Positions 26,879 through 41,036 of a stretch of DNA of 64,000 bases are shown here, in pieces. Each line of letters starts with the position of its first letter. Within the stretch, counting starts at the first letter, position 1. The stretch lies in NCBI RefSeq assembly GCF_009914755.1, contig NC_060928.1. One strand, 5' to 3'. The notes below the pieces were generated by a model. The model was given only the letters and a program-made list of their open reading frames with translations, was not told the DNA's origin and did no database searches. Position numbers and translations under genes: made by a program. The DNA comes from the human T2T-CHM13v2.0 reference genome, Homo sapiens.

Positions 26879-27265
26879 TGTTATGGGCTGAAATGTGTCT
26901 CTCCACAATTCATATGTTGAAGCCCTAACCCCCAGTACCTCAAAATGAGACTTTATTCTAAGATAGGGTCTTTACACAGGTAATTAAGTTTGAATAAGGT
27001 ATTTAGTGTGGTCTTTAATCCAATTCAACTGTTGTCCTTATAAGAAGAGGAAATTCAGACACAGGCAGGTACAGAGAGGAGATGATGTGAGAACAGGGAA
27101 ATGATGGCCATCTATAAGCCAAGGATAGAGGCCTCAGAAGAAATCAACGCTGCTGACACCTTGAACTCAGACTTCTCGCCTCCAGAACTGTAAGAAAATT
27201 TATTTCTGTTGTTTAAGTCACCCATGTGTGGTACTTTGTTATGGAAACCCTGAGACATCAATACA
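26879..27265 (+). mobile_element. MLT1B-like MaLR solo LTR
   Basis: TGTTATGGGCTGAAATGTGTC...CATATGTTGAAGCCCTAACCCC...AATACA. TSD GCCAG/CCCAG. Confidence 0.88.
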
Positions 27266-27764
27266 CCCAGCTTTCATTCAGGTCTTACATTTACTTTTAA
27301 GCAAAAGAATATTACATTTGACTGTGGAGACTTATATATGCTTCTGGGATGAAGGAATAATCTGAGGAGAGAATTTGGAAACCATGGCAGACACAGAGCA
27401 AGCTCATAACCATCAGGTAGTCAGATTCTTCCCAATGACTTGGTAACTAGCTGGCTTGAAGTAAGACCCTTAAAATAAGCTTTGCCTCTTACAGGTCAAG
27501 AGGAGACAAGTTATGCCTGAGCTATAAAGACTTCTTTGAATTTCCTACTCAGAGAAACTGTGAGTCAGCATCACGAAAATGGGCTTCTGGTAGAAAAACT
27601 GTGGTTTGTTGAGTTGCATGAAAATATATGTGTATCTCAATCACTAGGTGTACCAGGATAATTAATGTGAGCTATCACAACCAACAATCTGGAAAACTTC
27701 AGTGCCTTTACATGGAAAAGTTTGAAGTGCCTTTGTACAAACTATGATGTGGTTCAGCAGGAGG

Positions 27765-28008
27765 TTTCCTCCAGGCAGTAACTCTGGGATCCAGGATCCC
27801 TCTATCTTGTGATGCTGCCATCTCAACATGGGGCTTTCAAGGTCACTGTGGCAGAGGGAGAGAGAGAGGACATGCACAAGCTTTTAACTACCTCAGTCCA
27901 GATGTGACACATAGGCTTATAGTCCATTGGTTTCAACTAACATCAGGGGATTTGGGGAAGTGTAGGGGAGCACACAGAATATTGGCAAACTCAGAGGCTC
28001 TCTGCCAT
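27765..28008 (-). mobile_element. Old MLT1 (H/I-like) LTR fragment
   Basis: CTGGGATCCAGG...ATCTTGTGATGCTGCCATCTC...CTTTCAAGGTCAC...TCTCTGCCATA. Confidence 0.6.
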
Positions 28009-28009
28009 A

Positions 28010-28200
28010 TTCTTGAACTCTCATTATGCGCTAGATATAGTGCTAAGAACTTCACATATAGTGTCTCGCTTTGTCCTATTTTTACACAGGTAGAAACTGA
28101 GGCTTAGAGAAGTTAAATTGATCAAGGTCATAGGAATATAAATGCTAGAGCTCATATGGAGATTCAGACATACCTATTTCCCGAAGTCCATAGCCACTAG
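28010..28200 (-). mobile_element. MIR
   Basis: CCTATTTTTACACAGGTAGAAACTGAGGCTTAGAGAAGTTAA. Confidence 0.75.
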
Positions 28201-29591
28201 GCTTGATGGGACATGTTTTACTAAAAACCTCAAAGTTCTTATCTTTATTTTTATTTGCCATCTTAATTATTCTGAAAACTGAGGGGGAGTTAGGCAGTCC
28301 AAATCCTGAAATGTTTAAAATAATTGTCTCCACTGTCAAAATTTTCTGGGTGATTCAAAGATATAGAGACCCAGTTTAAGACTCACAGATTTTATAAGTG
28401 TATCATGTGCAGCATTTTACTTTTAATGTTAAAAGGTTCATTGAGGTAGTATTTTCAAACAGCATGCTTTGCTTTATTTTAAAAGGAAGATGCTAGGACA
28501 ATTCACTCACTTTTGACTGATTGCCCCCAGAATGCCAAAGAAACAAATAATAAAGTAGGGTGGTGGTCCACAGCTTACTTGTTGAATTTTCATAGATAGC
28601 CCCAGAAAAAGAGACATTGCCCTCAAGATAACCTGCAACTCATAAACTAAGAAGAGCTGTGAAATGTCGAATGATCAAAAAAAGTCTGAAAAAAATACTG
28701 GAGTGGGGAAAGGTCACTGGCTCCAAACAAATCAGACCCACCCAAACATTGATCAGAGCCATGCCCTTGCCTCGTGGCTGAAGTTAATTCTCTCTGCCCA
28801 TTTGTAATGTGATAAATTATCATTTTTAAGTCATTGGTCATCTTCAAAATATGCTCTTTCCTCTTGGCCCAAGACCTACTCACCCATGGGTTTTAAATAC
28901 TCAATAACTTCAGTCACAGAGTGATTTTACTTTTTAAAACTTATTTTGAGGCACATTCATATGGCTCAAAACACACTTCTGACCTGCAAGCCTTGCCCGT
29001 GATTTGACCTTGTCTCCAAGAACCTTACTGGAAACAATAGGGCAACCTCAAATATTCAGACTAATTGTGTAGTGGGGGAGGATAGAAACCAGATGAAGTT
29101 AGTGGAAAGTCTGAGTTATGAAAGAGTATAATAAATACCATCCTGTTTTTTTTTCCAGCTATATTTAAAGTCAAAGTGTTGATAATAAGATGTCAAAGGA
29201 TAGGTGCTTCCAAATATTAGTTCTTGCATTGGTGCCTATTAATGGTTTGGGGCCCTGTTTTCACTGGTTTGAAGCAAAATGAGAAAAAGAAGAGCAATGT
29301 GGTGATTTGTTCAAGGGGTTAAATTTATTTAGCTTTTACATTTTGGTATGAATTCATATTTCTTTTGTTTTTTAAGTTAGTCTTCAATAAAATGAGGGTG
29401 AAATACATTTTTAAAAATGGTTTACTTTCCAAAGTAAAAGCTTGACAACATTGTCAATCTCCTACATATATTTAAAATTACATTCATCTATAAAATTTAG
29501 CAATGTTGGGCTCACTTACTTAGAGACCTACCTTTTTAGTGAAAGAGTAATAGGTTGGTAATTATGTGTATATCAATGTCTTTTACAATGG

Positions 29592-29872
29592 AGGCAGTAG
29601 ACAGTAGTGTTTAAGAGCTTGGAGAGTGGTGTTTCATAGGCTTTGTGATCAGCCAGCCCTCAATTCCAACCTTGGTTGAACTGCTTACAGTGGTGAGATC
29701 TTGGGCAAGTCATGTGACATCTCTAGCTCTCTCTTTCCTCATCTGTAAAATTGGAATAATAACAGCACTGTATCTATTACTTATAATTAGTATGAGAAGC
29801 CAATGAGAAAGCAGATGTGAAGCAATTAGCACGTAGTAAATTCTCAGTGAATGTTAACGATTATCAACATTA
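29592..29872 (+). mobile_element. Near full-length MIR
   Basis: GTAGTGTTTAAGAGC...ATCTTGGGCAAGTCA...TTTCCTCATCTGTAAAAT...CTCAGTGAATGTTA. Confidence 0.8.
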
Positions 29873-30379
29873 TTAATGAATTAATGGCTGCCTGCACTCT
29901 TAGCAGTTGTTTGCATTGCCCTCTTCTTTACATTATAAATTTACCAGGCAAACCCCGTCTTCTGGAATGTTTCCAAAATGAATTGATCTGGCCCTGTTAA
30001 ATGAGCCCAGTTTTTAGAATGTGAAGTATTGAGACTTTGGTGCCTGATTTTCCCTTCTCCAGAAGCAGAAGGAAGAAATCCCTCTCTGCTCCCTCCACCC
30101 CATCTTTGACCCTAAACCAAATGCCTTTGCTGTCATCTTGCTGCTTTGCAGATGTTGCTCAGGTTCTGCAGATCCTCAGGACAACCGAAGACAAGCAGTG
30201 GCCACAGCCCTCTGGGTTCTTCCCATAGCTACGCACAGATTCTTGAGGGAGCTTAGAGACGTCGTTTTCTGGCCATCATTTGATACATGAGGCAGCAAAA
30301 GTCAAGACAATTGAAGCAACAGGTAGCAATGAAGTTAAGGAGGAAAACAGTCAAAGCTGAATGAATGCTGAAGTCATTA

Positions 30380-30911
30380 CGGTCATGCGCTGCATAATGA
30401 GGTCTTGGTCAAAAACAAACCCCATATATGACAAAGTTTCTCCAGTAAGTTGAGGTTAATTTATTCTTGAAGAAAGAAAATCCTTTCTATAAGTTTAGTG
30501 TACAGTGTTTATAACTTCTACAGTAGTGTATGATAATGGCCTTCACATTCACTCACCACTTACTCACTGACTCACCCAGAGCAACTTCCAGTCCTGCAAG
30601 CTTCATTCATGGTAAATGCCCTATACCGGCCTACCATTTAAAAATCTTTATACCAAATTTTTACTGTGCCTTTTCTATGTTTAGATGCATAAATACCATT
30701 GTGTTACAATTGCCTACAGTATTCAGTACCATAACATGCTGTACAGGTTGACAGCCTGGGAGCAAGAGGCTGTTCCATATAGCCTGGGTATGTAGTAGGC
30801 TATATACCACCTAGGTTTGTGTCAGTATGCTCTATGATGCTCGCACAGTGATGAAATCACCTGAAGACATGTTTCTCAGAACATACCCCTTCGTTAGGTG
30901 ACGCATGACTA
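30380..30911 (+). mobile_element. Tigger3 (Golem)-derived non-autonomous element
   Basis: TIRs CGGTCATGCG... / ...CGCATGACTA. TA target duplication at 30378-30379 and 30912-30913. Internal CACTCACCACTTACTCACTGACTCACCCAGAGCAAC. Confidence 0.88.
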
Positions 30912-31089
30912 TATTTTTTCACTTTTTCACTTCCAAATAACAGCAAGCTACGTGACGATAAAAACTTCATTCATGGGCCAAAGCCGTTTGCACATGTATG
31001 CACTGGTCCATCACCAAACATGGAGGAAGAGTTAAACTTGGGGATCCAGTTAAATTTTGTTCAGCATTCAGTACCATCTACCACACTAA

Positions 31090-31400
31090 GCGCCCTCCCT
31101 GCCTCTCTTTTGACATCTTTTTCTCCCCGCTCTCAATCACCCAGTGCCCTCAGATCACCCCATTCCAGCACCTTGTTACCTGTTCTCATAGCACCTTGTT
31201 CTTCTCTTTCTCAGACACTGTCATAGTTCAAATTTTATTTCTCTCCTACTAGACTCCCATCTCTCAGAGGGGCTGGCTCTGCTTTTGCTCAACACTGTAT
31301 GCCAGTTTTTGGCATGATGTCTGGAACAACACAGACCTTCAATAAACATTTGTGGAATAAATGAATGGATGGGTGGATGGACAGATGAATGGATGGATGA
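31090..31400 (+). mobile_element. L2 3' end with (ATGG/ATGA)n tail
   Basis: CTACTAGACT...CTTCAATAAACATTTGTGGAATAAATGAATGGATGG. Confidence 0.75.
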
Positions 31401-31724
31401 GGTACATACACTACTATTGTCATCCCATGGAATTGTAGCATTAGAGTCTTTTGCTATTTTTCCACCATCAAAATTCATTGGTCTTATTTTCCATGTATGC
31501 TTCTCCCTGCTTTCTGAGTCTTTTTAATTTATTAAGCATATTTAAATAAATACTCTCCCAATTAACAATAGGAGACCTTGTCAAACAAAACGCCTGAGAT
31601 TTAACTCTAATGGTAAGACTCCAGGCCTTACGGACCTGTGAAAAAATAATAGGTTGAGTCAGGAAGTCCCTTTGATAACTCCTCAATTCAGCAATGTATA
31701 AACCACTCAAGTAAATCAGGGAGA

Positions 31725-32145
31725 CACTGTACTGAATACTTAAGAGCAAGGCTTCTGGAATCAGAGGTATCTGTGCAACATTGGGCACATTGTTTAAGGT
31801 ACCTTCATTTAATGTTTTGACAATTTTGATATATAAAAAGTTAAATGTGGGCTGCTGTGAGGTTTATGAATTAAGAAGAAGAAGCCTCTGATCCTCATTC
31901 CCAGTCCCCAGCTCTCTTCGCATTTTAGAATGATAAAGATAAACACTGTAAAATAGCAGATTATTTTTCCCATTCTAGTCACTGGAGAGTGTTTATTTAA
32001 TGTACCTTACCTCAGTTTCCTGATCTGTAAAGCAGAGGTGATACTAGCCAACTCACAGGGTTACTGTGAGAATTAAATAAGATAATCCATCCAGAACACT
32101 TAGAGTAGTACCTGGCCTGCCTCAATCAATATTAGCTATTTGTTA
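31725..32145 (+). mobile_element. Two MIR fragments
   Basis: TTAAGAGCAAGGCTTCTGGAATCAGA; CCTCAGTTTCCTGATCTGTAAA...GAGAATTAAATAAGATAAT. Confidence 0.7.
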
Positions 32146-33559
32146 TGCTAACTCGTGCCTTGTTTTTTCCATTCTAAACCCCATTACTAAGTGATCATAT
32201 GCTTCATTTATCAAATCTAAGCATCTTTCTCAAAATTCAAGCCCAGGTTTGGCTTGCCACCATTCAGAAAGCTCACAAGCCTTAACTTTTGCTTGCAGGC
32301 CTGTTCCCAAAGCAGCATTCCAGGTGCTCTGGTGGACAAGATGATGTCCCCGCTGGAGTGGTGACTTTGAAGAAGGCAACCTCGATGCTGAAGTGTAAAT
32401 TCTGAAATACATGTTTTTTTAAAGAAAATTAGCTGTGAAAAGGAGGTGGACTTTGCTGAGAGGAGAGCCCACCTAGGAAGCCCAGATGCCTAGCAGATGA
32501 GGGACTTGCAGACCCCGTCTTCTTTTGGGATTTTGGGCAAGGAGGTCTATTCCTAAGGCAACACTAGCATTGCACCCACTTATTGGCCTCAGTGTAACCA
32601 ACAATCTGTATCATTGCCTCTGCCCCTGCTGATAAGTCTCTCTCACAAGCATCTTTCCAATACTCTATTTTAGACTATGTTTATCCTTATGACAAAACGC
32701 ACATCTCATTATTAATTGAGGCTCAGAGAGGACGAGCAGCTGTTGTTTCTCACTTTGCTTTACAAAACTTCAAAAGCCTCCATTAAACTCCCTGGACAAA
32801 AGTGTTCAAGGGGCCACAGCTCTCACGTCACTTAGCCCCATTTCCCCTAAAGGCTTTGTTTATGTGGAAACTGGAGAAAAAGGGAGAGCAGCAAAAAAGA
32901 AGGCAAAATTTGAGAAACCAGACACTGATGCTGTGAGCAGAAGCCAACAGAACTGTGGAATGGTATCTCCCACCCTTTAACTGAAGCCTGGGTGCCATTG
33001 AAAAGCTAGAGAGGACTTGCAACAAACTGGTGGGCCTGGGGGGTGGGAGGAGGTAGAATGTGGCCCAAACCCCAAACTTCCCAGGAAAATTATCTTGGAC
33101 CTTTTCAAAAAAAGTTCTGCTTCTTGGAAAGCAGCTCACATTAAATCAGAGCCATGGGCATGAACTGCAGGAATGGCTTCTTTTCTAAGCTGTGTAGAAA
33201 TATGTGACCAACTTAACTTCAGCTGAGGCCAGCTTGAGAAACAGATCACATTATAGCAGGCTCCAGGCTGCCCACACTGAGAAAGACTCAGGAAAACGTT
33301 GTGGAGTGAGTCTGTTGCAAAAATGTGAAGAAGGTGAGATTGGTCTTTCCCTCCTCTCCCATTTTTGGCATTTTTCCTATTTTTGACCAGCTTCCCTGCT
33401 CACTCTTCTGAATTTCTTCCATCATAGGTTTGACCAGCTGCTTGAAAATCAAACTGTCTTTTGGTCCTTGCACCTGGTAGGCACTTGGTAAATATTGGTT
33501 GAGTGAATAAACAATTTTCTACTGAGAATCCTGATGATTTGTAAAAACCCATTTATTCT

Positions 33560-34046
33560 TTCCAAACCTTTTTGATCTTGATGACCTCATATTATCCTCA
33601 AGACACCTGTCTCATGTTTGCCACCACTGGGAACTAGACATGAAGGGCATTAGTATTACCATTTATCGGTGAGATAAATTGAGGTGTGTTTGGTCAGGGT
33701 CACGTGGAAAGTATTTGGAGAAGCAGGCTCAGCATCAGGGCTCCTGGCTTGTTTCTCAATGCCCTTTCCACACAGCCATGATGCCTCACTCTCAGGATAG
33801 GAGCTGACATTTATTGAGCGTGTACTATATGCCAGACACCATGCTAAGAGCTATACATGTGTTATCTCCTATATCACAACCATCTTCTGATGTGACTATT
33901 ATTATACCCATTTTACAGAGAAGGAAAATAAGGTACAGAGAGAGGGGGTTAAAGTAAGGAGAGAGGGAAAGACATGTAGCTCAGAAATGGTGCAGCCAGG
34001 GTTTGGCCCAGGATGTCTGGCACAAATCTATGCACTTAACCACTAT
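33560..34046 (-). mobile_element. Two MIR elements
   Basis: ACATTTATTGAGCGTGTACTATATGCCAGACAC...CCCATTTTACAGAGAAGGAAA. Confidence 0.75.
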
Positions 34047-34699
34047 CAAATTACCGTCTTGAGACAAAAGTGATATAATATTACCTGGCCAAAAAAAAAT
34101 TTTTTTAAAAAGAAAATCAGAGAAAGAGGGAATGTTTACTCCAAAAGGATGGCCCCCTAAGGGAGAACTCTTGGGTATTTGAGGGCTAAGGGAGGCATCT
34201 GGGGGTAAATAGTACTCTATGGAATCTTCTCTGCTCCAGAGTCCTCAGTCTTTGAAATCTATGTGATTGGGACAAATTTTGTAAGGAACACTCAAATGTA
34301 TTCCAGTTTACTGAAAATTGTGGCCTGTTGCCCTGGTTTTTACCGATCCTGTCTAATCTCTTGCCTAAGGGGGTCAACTGTAATAAATAATCTATTTTTA
34401 TTCAAAGGTCCAGTGGATTTCAATAGTTGTTTCCAAATCATGTCTGCTCTCATTTGGCCCTGTTTTGATTACAATAGAGAGGATGATATTGATTTTTTAA
34501 TTCATATTTCCTCTCTATTGATACATTTCCAAGACTCACCTACAAATAAAAGAGCAATATTCTCACTATGAGTAATTAAAGGATTATAATCAGTTTCCCT
34601 CATAATATTATACATGTAATGCTTCTTATTGTTAAAAGTGCATTTAGAGTGGACATAGTTTTAATAATTTTTAAAAAGGGAAAAATATTTCCTATATGT

Positions 34700-35660
34700 C
34701 AGTATTTTTAAGGTAACAAATGAAAGAAACTCGAATAAAACCACCACAGTAATGAAGAAAATGTATTAGTTCATATGACTAGGAAACTCAGGAGTTGAGT
34801 GGGCCTGAGAAACTCCTAAGACTCAATGATGTCATTTGCCCCCTCTCTCCCTCTTTCATTCTCTGTCCCCACCATCTGTTTCTGCTTCTCTGGCATTTGA
34901 GCCTCAGTTTCTTCCATTAAGTTTGAATCTCTGCCACGGGCAGGGGCAGAGGGAAGAGAAGCATGGCCTCAAACAGTTTCAAGCATAATCACTGCTAATG
35001 AAAGTTCCCAGAGGAAACCAAGTGTCCTAGTCTGTTTGCGTTGTCATAAAGGAATACATAAAACTGGGTAATTTATAAAGAAAAGAGGCTTATTTGGCTC
35101 ACCATTCTGTGGGCTGTATATGGAGCATAAAGCCAGCATCTGCATCTGGTGAGGGCCTCAGGAAGCTTACAGTCCTGGCAGAAGCTAAAGGGGGCAGCTT
35201 GTCACATGATGAGAGAGGGAGCAAGAGACAGAGGAGAAGGTGCCAAGCTCCTTTTAAACAAGCAGCTCTTGTGTGAACTAATAGAGCAGGAACTCACTTA
35301 TAACCAAAGAAATGGTGCTAAGCCATTCATGGGGGATCTGCCCCCATGATCAAACACCTTCCACCAGGCCCTATCTCTAATATTAGGGATCACATTTTAA
35401 CATGCAATTTGGAGGGAACAAACATCCAAACCATACCACTGGGGTTTTCTCACTAAGCATAAAAATAAATTATCCCAAGGAAGGATCTACTTGGTTTCCA
35501 TGGTTTAAGTGTTTAATGCTTGGCCAATCATCATGGTCACTGGGGAGGATTTCAATTGGCCAGGCATAAAACACAGGCTCACTCCTGTAGTCAAGGGGTG
35601 AGCACTGTGATTAACAGCCCTTCTAGAATGATGGGCAGTGAGAATAGGCACAGTATCCCG
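34700..35660 (-). mobile_element. Old MLT1 LTR split by MSTB
   Basis: TATTAGTTCATATGACTAGGAA...ACTCAATGATGTCA before the insert; GGCCAATCATCATGG...ATTGGCCAGGC after it. Confidence 0.5.
35023..35438 (-). mobile_element. MSTB-like MaLR solo LTR
   Basis: CTGGGTAATTTATAAAGAAAAGAGG...GAGGGCCTCAGGAAGCTTAC...CAAACATCCAAACCATACCA. Confidence 0.88.
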
Positions 35661-35845
35661 AAGAGAGTTGGAAGCTGTAAGGAGAAACTGTCTAGTGTCA
35701 TATGGGGCATTCTGTGGCCTTTGCAGAAACATAAGCATCATGTCAGGTCATCTCTAATGCAGCCTTAATCATCTGAGCAAAATAGGAGATTTTGGCTAGA
35801 ATCCGAATTCATGTTCTACTCTCCCAATTATACACCCCAAAAACT

Positions 35846-35884
35846 CACACACACACACACGCACGCACAAACACACACACACAC
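35846..35884. repeat. Interrupted (CA)n microsatellite
   Basis: Read directly from sequence. Confidence 0.9.
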
Positions 35885-35983
35885 CCCTTCCTATATACTT
35901 AGTGAGTGCCTACAATATATTAGAAAGATGCACAATGTTATGTTTCATGAAGCACAGACTCTACAAGTTACCAAGTGTGGGAT

Positions 35984-36390
35984 TGCTATGGCTTGAATGT
36001 CCTCTTCATGTTGAAATTAATTGCCATTGTGATTATTTAAGAGGTGGGACTTAAATAATCCCACCTCTTAAAAGGTGGGACTGTTAAGAGGTGATTGGGC
36101 CTTGAGAGCTCTACCCTTATTAATGGATTAATGTCAATGTTGCAGGAGTGGGTTTATTATTTTGAGGGTCAGTTTTTATAAAAGCAAGTTCAGCCTTCTC
36201 TTGCTCTTGTGGGTTCTCTTGCCCTTCTACCTTCTGCTGTGGGGTGATGCAGCAAGAAGGCCCTTGCCAGATGCCAGCAGCTTGGTATTGGACTTTCCGG
36301 CCTCCAGAACTGTGAGAAATAAGTTTCTTTTCTTTATAAATTACCAAATCTGTGGTGTTCTGTTACAGCAGCACAATATGGACTAAGACA
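35984..36390 (+). mobile_element. MST (MSTC/D-like) MaLR solo LTR inserted into a MIR
   Basis: TGCTATGGCTTGAATGT...TTCTTTATAAATTACC...GGACTAAGACA. MIR sequence resumes at 36391 (GTGACCTTGAACAAGTTACT). Confidence 0.85.
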
Positions 36391-36730
36391 GTGACCTTGA
36401 ACAAGTTACTCTTCCTCTTCTTACTTCACTTTCCTCATCTCTAATGGGAATAATGGTATTCTGTACCTCATAAGATTTTTGAGAGGATACATGTGTTCAT
36501 ATATGTAAAGTAGTCAGTATAGTCCCTGGCACACAGCAAATACTAAATAGGTGTTTATTGTTATTAGCATTCATATTAGTATTGTGTGACCTTGGACAGG
36601 TTGTATCACATCTTCAGGTTGTACCTCTATAAAATGGGAACAATATACCCATTTCAAAGTGTGAAGTTTAGGTTAAAATTGCACATATAGAGCACGAAGT
36701 ATATTGCAAATGAATAAGACTGGCCATTAT
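36391..36730 (+). mobile_element. Two tandem MIR fragments
   Basis: GTGACCTTGAACAAGTTAC...TTTCCTCATCT; TGTGTGACCTTGGACA...CTATAAAATGGGA. Confidence 0.7.
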
Positions 36731-37517
36731 AAAGTGGAAAATGTAATTGCTTTACAACTCCTGACCCCATTCCTGGGCCCTTACCATGGAGAGAGAGAAA
36801 AAAGATCTTGTGGTAGACCACAACCTTGCAGATGATTCCCTTCCCAGCGAATGTAATCCAGTGTTACTCCTGAATGTCCAGTCTCTACAAGTGCCCAATT
36901 GGTCTGTTCCTGTCTACAAATAGTTCCAACATTTTATCTAAGTAAATTAGCAAAACTCATGTACTTCTGATGGAAAGAAAAGACAATTTCTCACCATTTC
37001 GACGATATTTGACTCTTCTCTTTTCTTGCTTCATATTTCCTATTCCAATCCATAGAACCTTGTTTGAAATTTTAGCCTTAAAATTGACTAATAAATACTG
37101 CCTAAATCACAGGCCACAAAAACTGGTGACAAGTTAAGCATATGATAACAATTAAGATGGTACCCAAGCTAATCTTTAACATTTTAAAGTTTCTTTAAGA
37201 GTGAATTCACAGCTGTCTCCTGCATACACCTTTGTCTTAAATAATTTCTGGTAGAATTTTATCACTTTGTCATCTTTCTGATGTCAAATTACTCTTAAAT
37301 CTCTTTTCCCAGAAACAGAATCTGGCTTTAAGTTCTTAGAGTCGGAAAGTAGGCCAAATAATTGGATAAAGCAAGACCCTGGGCCACTTTGCAAAGTTTT
37401 GCCTGAGCCAACATTATTTCCTTATGGAGCTTTTAAAACTTAAACACCTATATATTAGTAACAATGCTAGGCAGTAGACGGGACTCTTGGACTAGAAAGC
37501 GAAATGTTGGATATAGG

Positions 37518-37730
37518 CTTTTGTTTTGTTTTGTTTTGTTTTGTTTAAACAGCTTTATTGTGGTGTACCTGGCATATAATCAACTGTACACATTGAAAGG
37601 GTCAACTTTGCTAAGTTTTTATGGATTACATATACCTGTGAAATCACCACCACAATAAACAAAAAGAACACACAAATCACCCTCTAGAGGTTCTTTATGG
37701 CATTGTGATTTCTCTTTTCTCTACTCCTAA
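37518..37730 (-). mobile_element. L1MB-type extreme 3' end with (TTTTG)n-converted tail
   Basis: AACAGCTTTATTG...TGTGAAATCACCACCACAAT. Confidence 0.7.
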
Positions 37731-37934
37731 AATGTTATCAACTCTTTCCAAGTTAAAAAAAAAAAAAAACAAACAAACACTATTTCTTTATAATGAGAAG
37801 CAAAGATTTTAATACGTATTTGGGAAAGCTAGCGAGAATCTTAGAGTGGGGTGATAACTCTTTCACAAAACTGACTTCTAGATCTGGGAGAGGAATGATT
37901 ATTCACCCCATTTTGTCAAGTGTCTGCTTTCCTA

Positions 37935-38352
<418 letters not shown>

Positions 38353-39999
38353 CTAGGCTCATCCCACCTGATGGGTCTTTTTGAGGTCATATTATAAACA
38401 AATATGGGGGGTCATATTATAAACAAATATTTAAGAAGCAAAGTACATTGACTCTCGGTGACCTTTTTGGAGTCACAGAAAGTCACCAATGAGGTGGAGG
38501 GCTGTGAAGACAAAGTCCCCTGACTTCTGAAGCAGAATTTAACAAGATTTAACAGTCCCAGATAAAGGTCAAGACATGTACTTAGAAACTAAAAGAACAA
38601 AAAGATGATAAGACCAAAGGAAGCGTTCATCCTTTTCTGAGTCACTGCAGCTTCTGAGCTGGAGCCTCCTGTGAAGGACTGAAGAATTATGAAATGTTTT
38701 GGCTCAGAAGGAGGAAGGAGTGTTCACCAGATTGTCTTGCAATGTGCAAGGCAGGAAATTATCCATCAGGTGGGAGAGTATAACACTGCAATTCCATTCA
38801 CATCAGACTCCATTAGAAAAACGAGGGGTCTAGGTGGAAAAATGAAACAAAACAAGATGAAATAAAATGAAATTGAATGAGATGAACTGAGGTTGGAGTG
38901 AGGGTTTCAGGAAGCTAGAAGCATTTGAAAATATGTCAATTCCATTTACTCCTGGACCTTAGAAATATTGGTTTTCTATTATTCCATCCCAGAGCTCTGA
39001 TTCACATCTCTTAAATTCCTTGGAAGTCTAAGAGTGAGCTTAAGAGGATGGGGAAAGAGAGCACCCATTGATCAGGGGGCAGGACATAATATGTAATTTT
39101 CAAAATAAGTTCAATATGACTGAATCGAAATAAAATGCAGCTTTGTCAGTCAGACATGAAAGGACTTGAATCAGCACCAAGTGTCTTTCCCCGAAAAGCA
39201 TAGAGATACCAAAAGGGAATCTTATAAAGAAGTTTTAAAATTCAGAAGGAGATTGGAAGTGGCAGTCTTAAAACATACACAAGATAGGGTCTGTAGACAA
39301 ACTGGGCTTATTGAACTCTTTTTGTCTTCTCTTTTATTTTTCCTCTTTTTTCATAAAAGCTGATAAATATCTGTGTGCAAAGACAGTGGGGAATTCAAGA
39401 AACATTTTCTATCTAAAATAAACAGAAATCTTGCCTACTGCATGTGAAAAGCCTTTTTTCCTTAACATTGATATAGTGAGCCAGCCTTAGTTCAGCCTCA
39501 GAATTATTTGTCTAGGCATAAAGATGAAAAGCCTCCTTTTTGAGCAAGCTTGCTTATCACTGCTCAGAGACTCTCTCAAACTCAGGAGGAGCCAAGCACA
39601 GATCCCCGTCATTAAATCAGAATCCTCTCTGTGCAGAGCAAATGGATGTTTCAGTTCTGTCTTCCTGAGGGATTTGTAGAAGCATCCCAGAAAGGAGCAG
39701 AAGTACTATTCCTTTTCCCAGAAGAGGGAGAGAGAGATGCTAGAGAAAAGCCTCCATTAACCTAGGCAGTTTAACATTCCTTTTCTTTCTTTTTTATCGT
39801 TATATTTCCCATTTAAGTTCATTTGTGATAAACTAGAAACTACAAATGGGCAAAAAAGAAAATCACTGTTAACATTTCTTGAATATTCCTCAAAGCCTTT
39901 ATATATAAAACCAAATGGGAGATTACACTAACCTCTTATTTATATTTTAAATTTTCTCACTTAATGATGCATGCAATGAAAGTGTCATAATATATTTAA

Positions 40000-40350
<351 letters not shown>

Positions 40351-40786
40351 TTATTTCCAGTATTTTCTTATCAAAAACTCCCCGTAGCTAAATATTTCCT
40401 AACTTATTTCTCTAGGATAAATTTTTAGAGGGGTTGAGTCAAAGATATGTATGTTATGTGGCTTCTTAGAATGATTGTTGCCAAATTACAACTTTCTCAA
40501 CATTTAACCCCCACTCTAAGTTTTATCAGTCTATACTCCCTTCTCTTATACTCATGACTAACACTGGGTATTGTCTGTCTTTTGCTAATTCAGTATAGCA
40601 AAAGTTGTGTCTCGTTGTTTTAATTTTGTTTCTTTAATTACTAGTGAGGTCAAATAATTTTTCATATATGTATTGTCCATTTCTTTTTCTTTTATTAATT
40701 TGCTATTCATGCTTTTATCCCATTTTTCTGTTGTGGTATTCATCTATTTCTTTGTAAGAACCTTTTATGTATAAAATATATTCTTT

Positions 40787-41036
40787 TTAAAATAAATTTT
40801 TATTTTTAATTATTATGGGTACATCATAGTTATACATATTTATAGGGTGCATGTGATCTTTTGATACAAGCATACAGTGTATAATGATCAAATCAGGGTA
40901 ATTGGGCTATCCATTGCCTCAAGCATTTAGGGAGAACAGTATGGAGGTTACTCAAAAACTAAAAACAGAACTACTGTATGATCCAGCAATCCCACAGCAA
41001 TACACACCAAAAGGAAGAAATCAGTATATCGAAGAG
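40787..41036 (-). mobile_element. Short L1MA insertion with inverted 5' segment
   Basis: ~40787-40928 is an antisense L1MA 3' end. ~40929-41036 is sense ORF2 C-terminal sequence (ENSMEVTQKLKTELLYDPAIP). Flanked by a 14/16 direct repeat. Confidence 0.75.

Noticed and set aside
30140-30330. Possible exon (TTTGCAG acceptor ... CAG|GTAGCA donor)
   Set aside because: Weak donor, no recognisable peptide and no partner exons; indistinguishable from a pseudo-exon.
38840-38890. (GAAAT/GAAAC)-like pentamer run as satellite or CRISPR-like array
   Set aside because: Short degenerate low-complexity repeat with no spacers, in a eukaryotic context.
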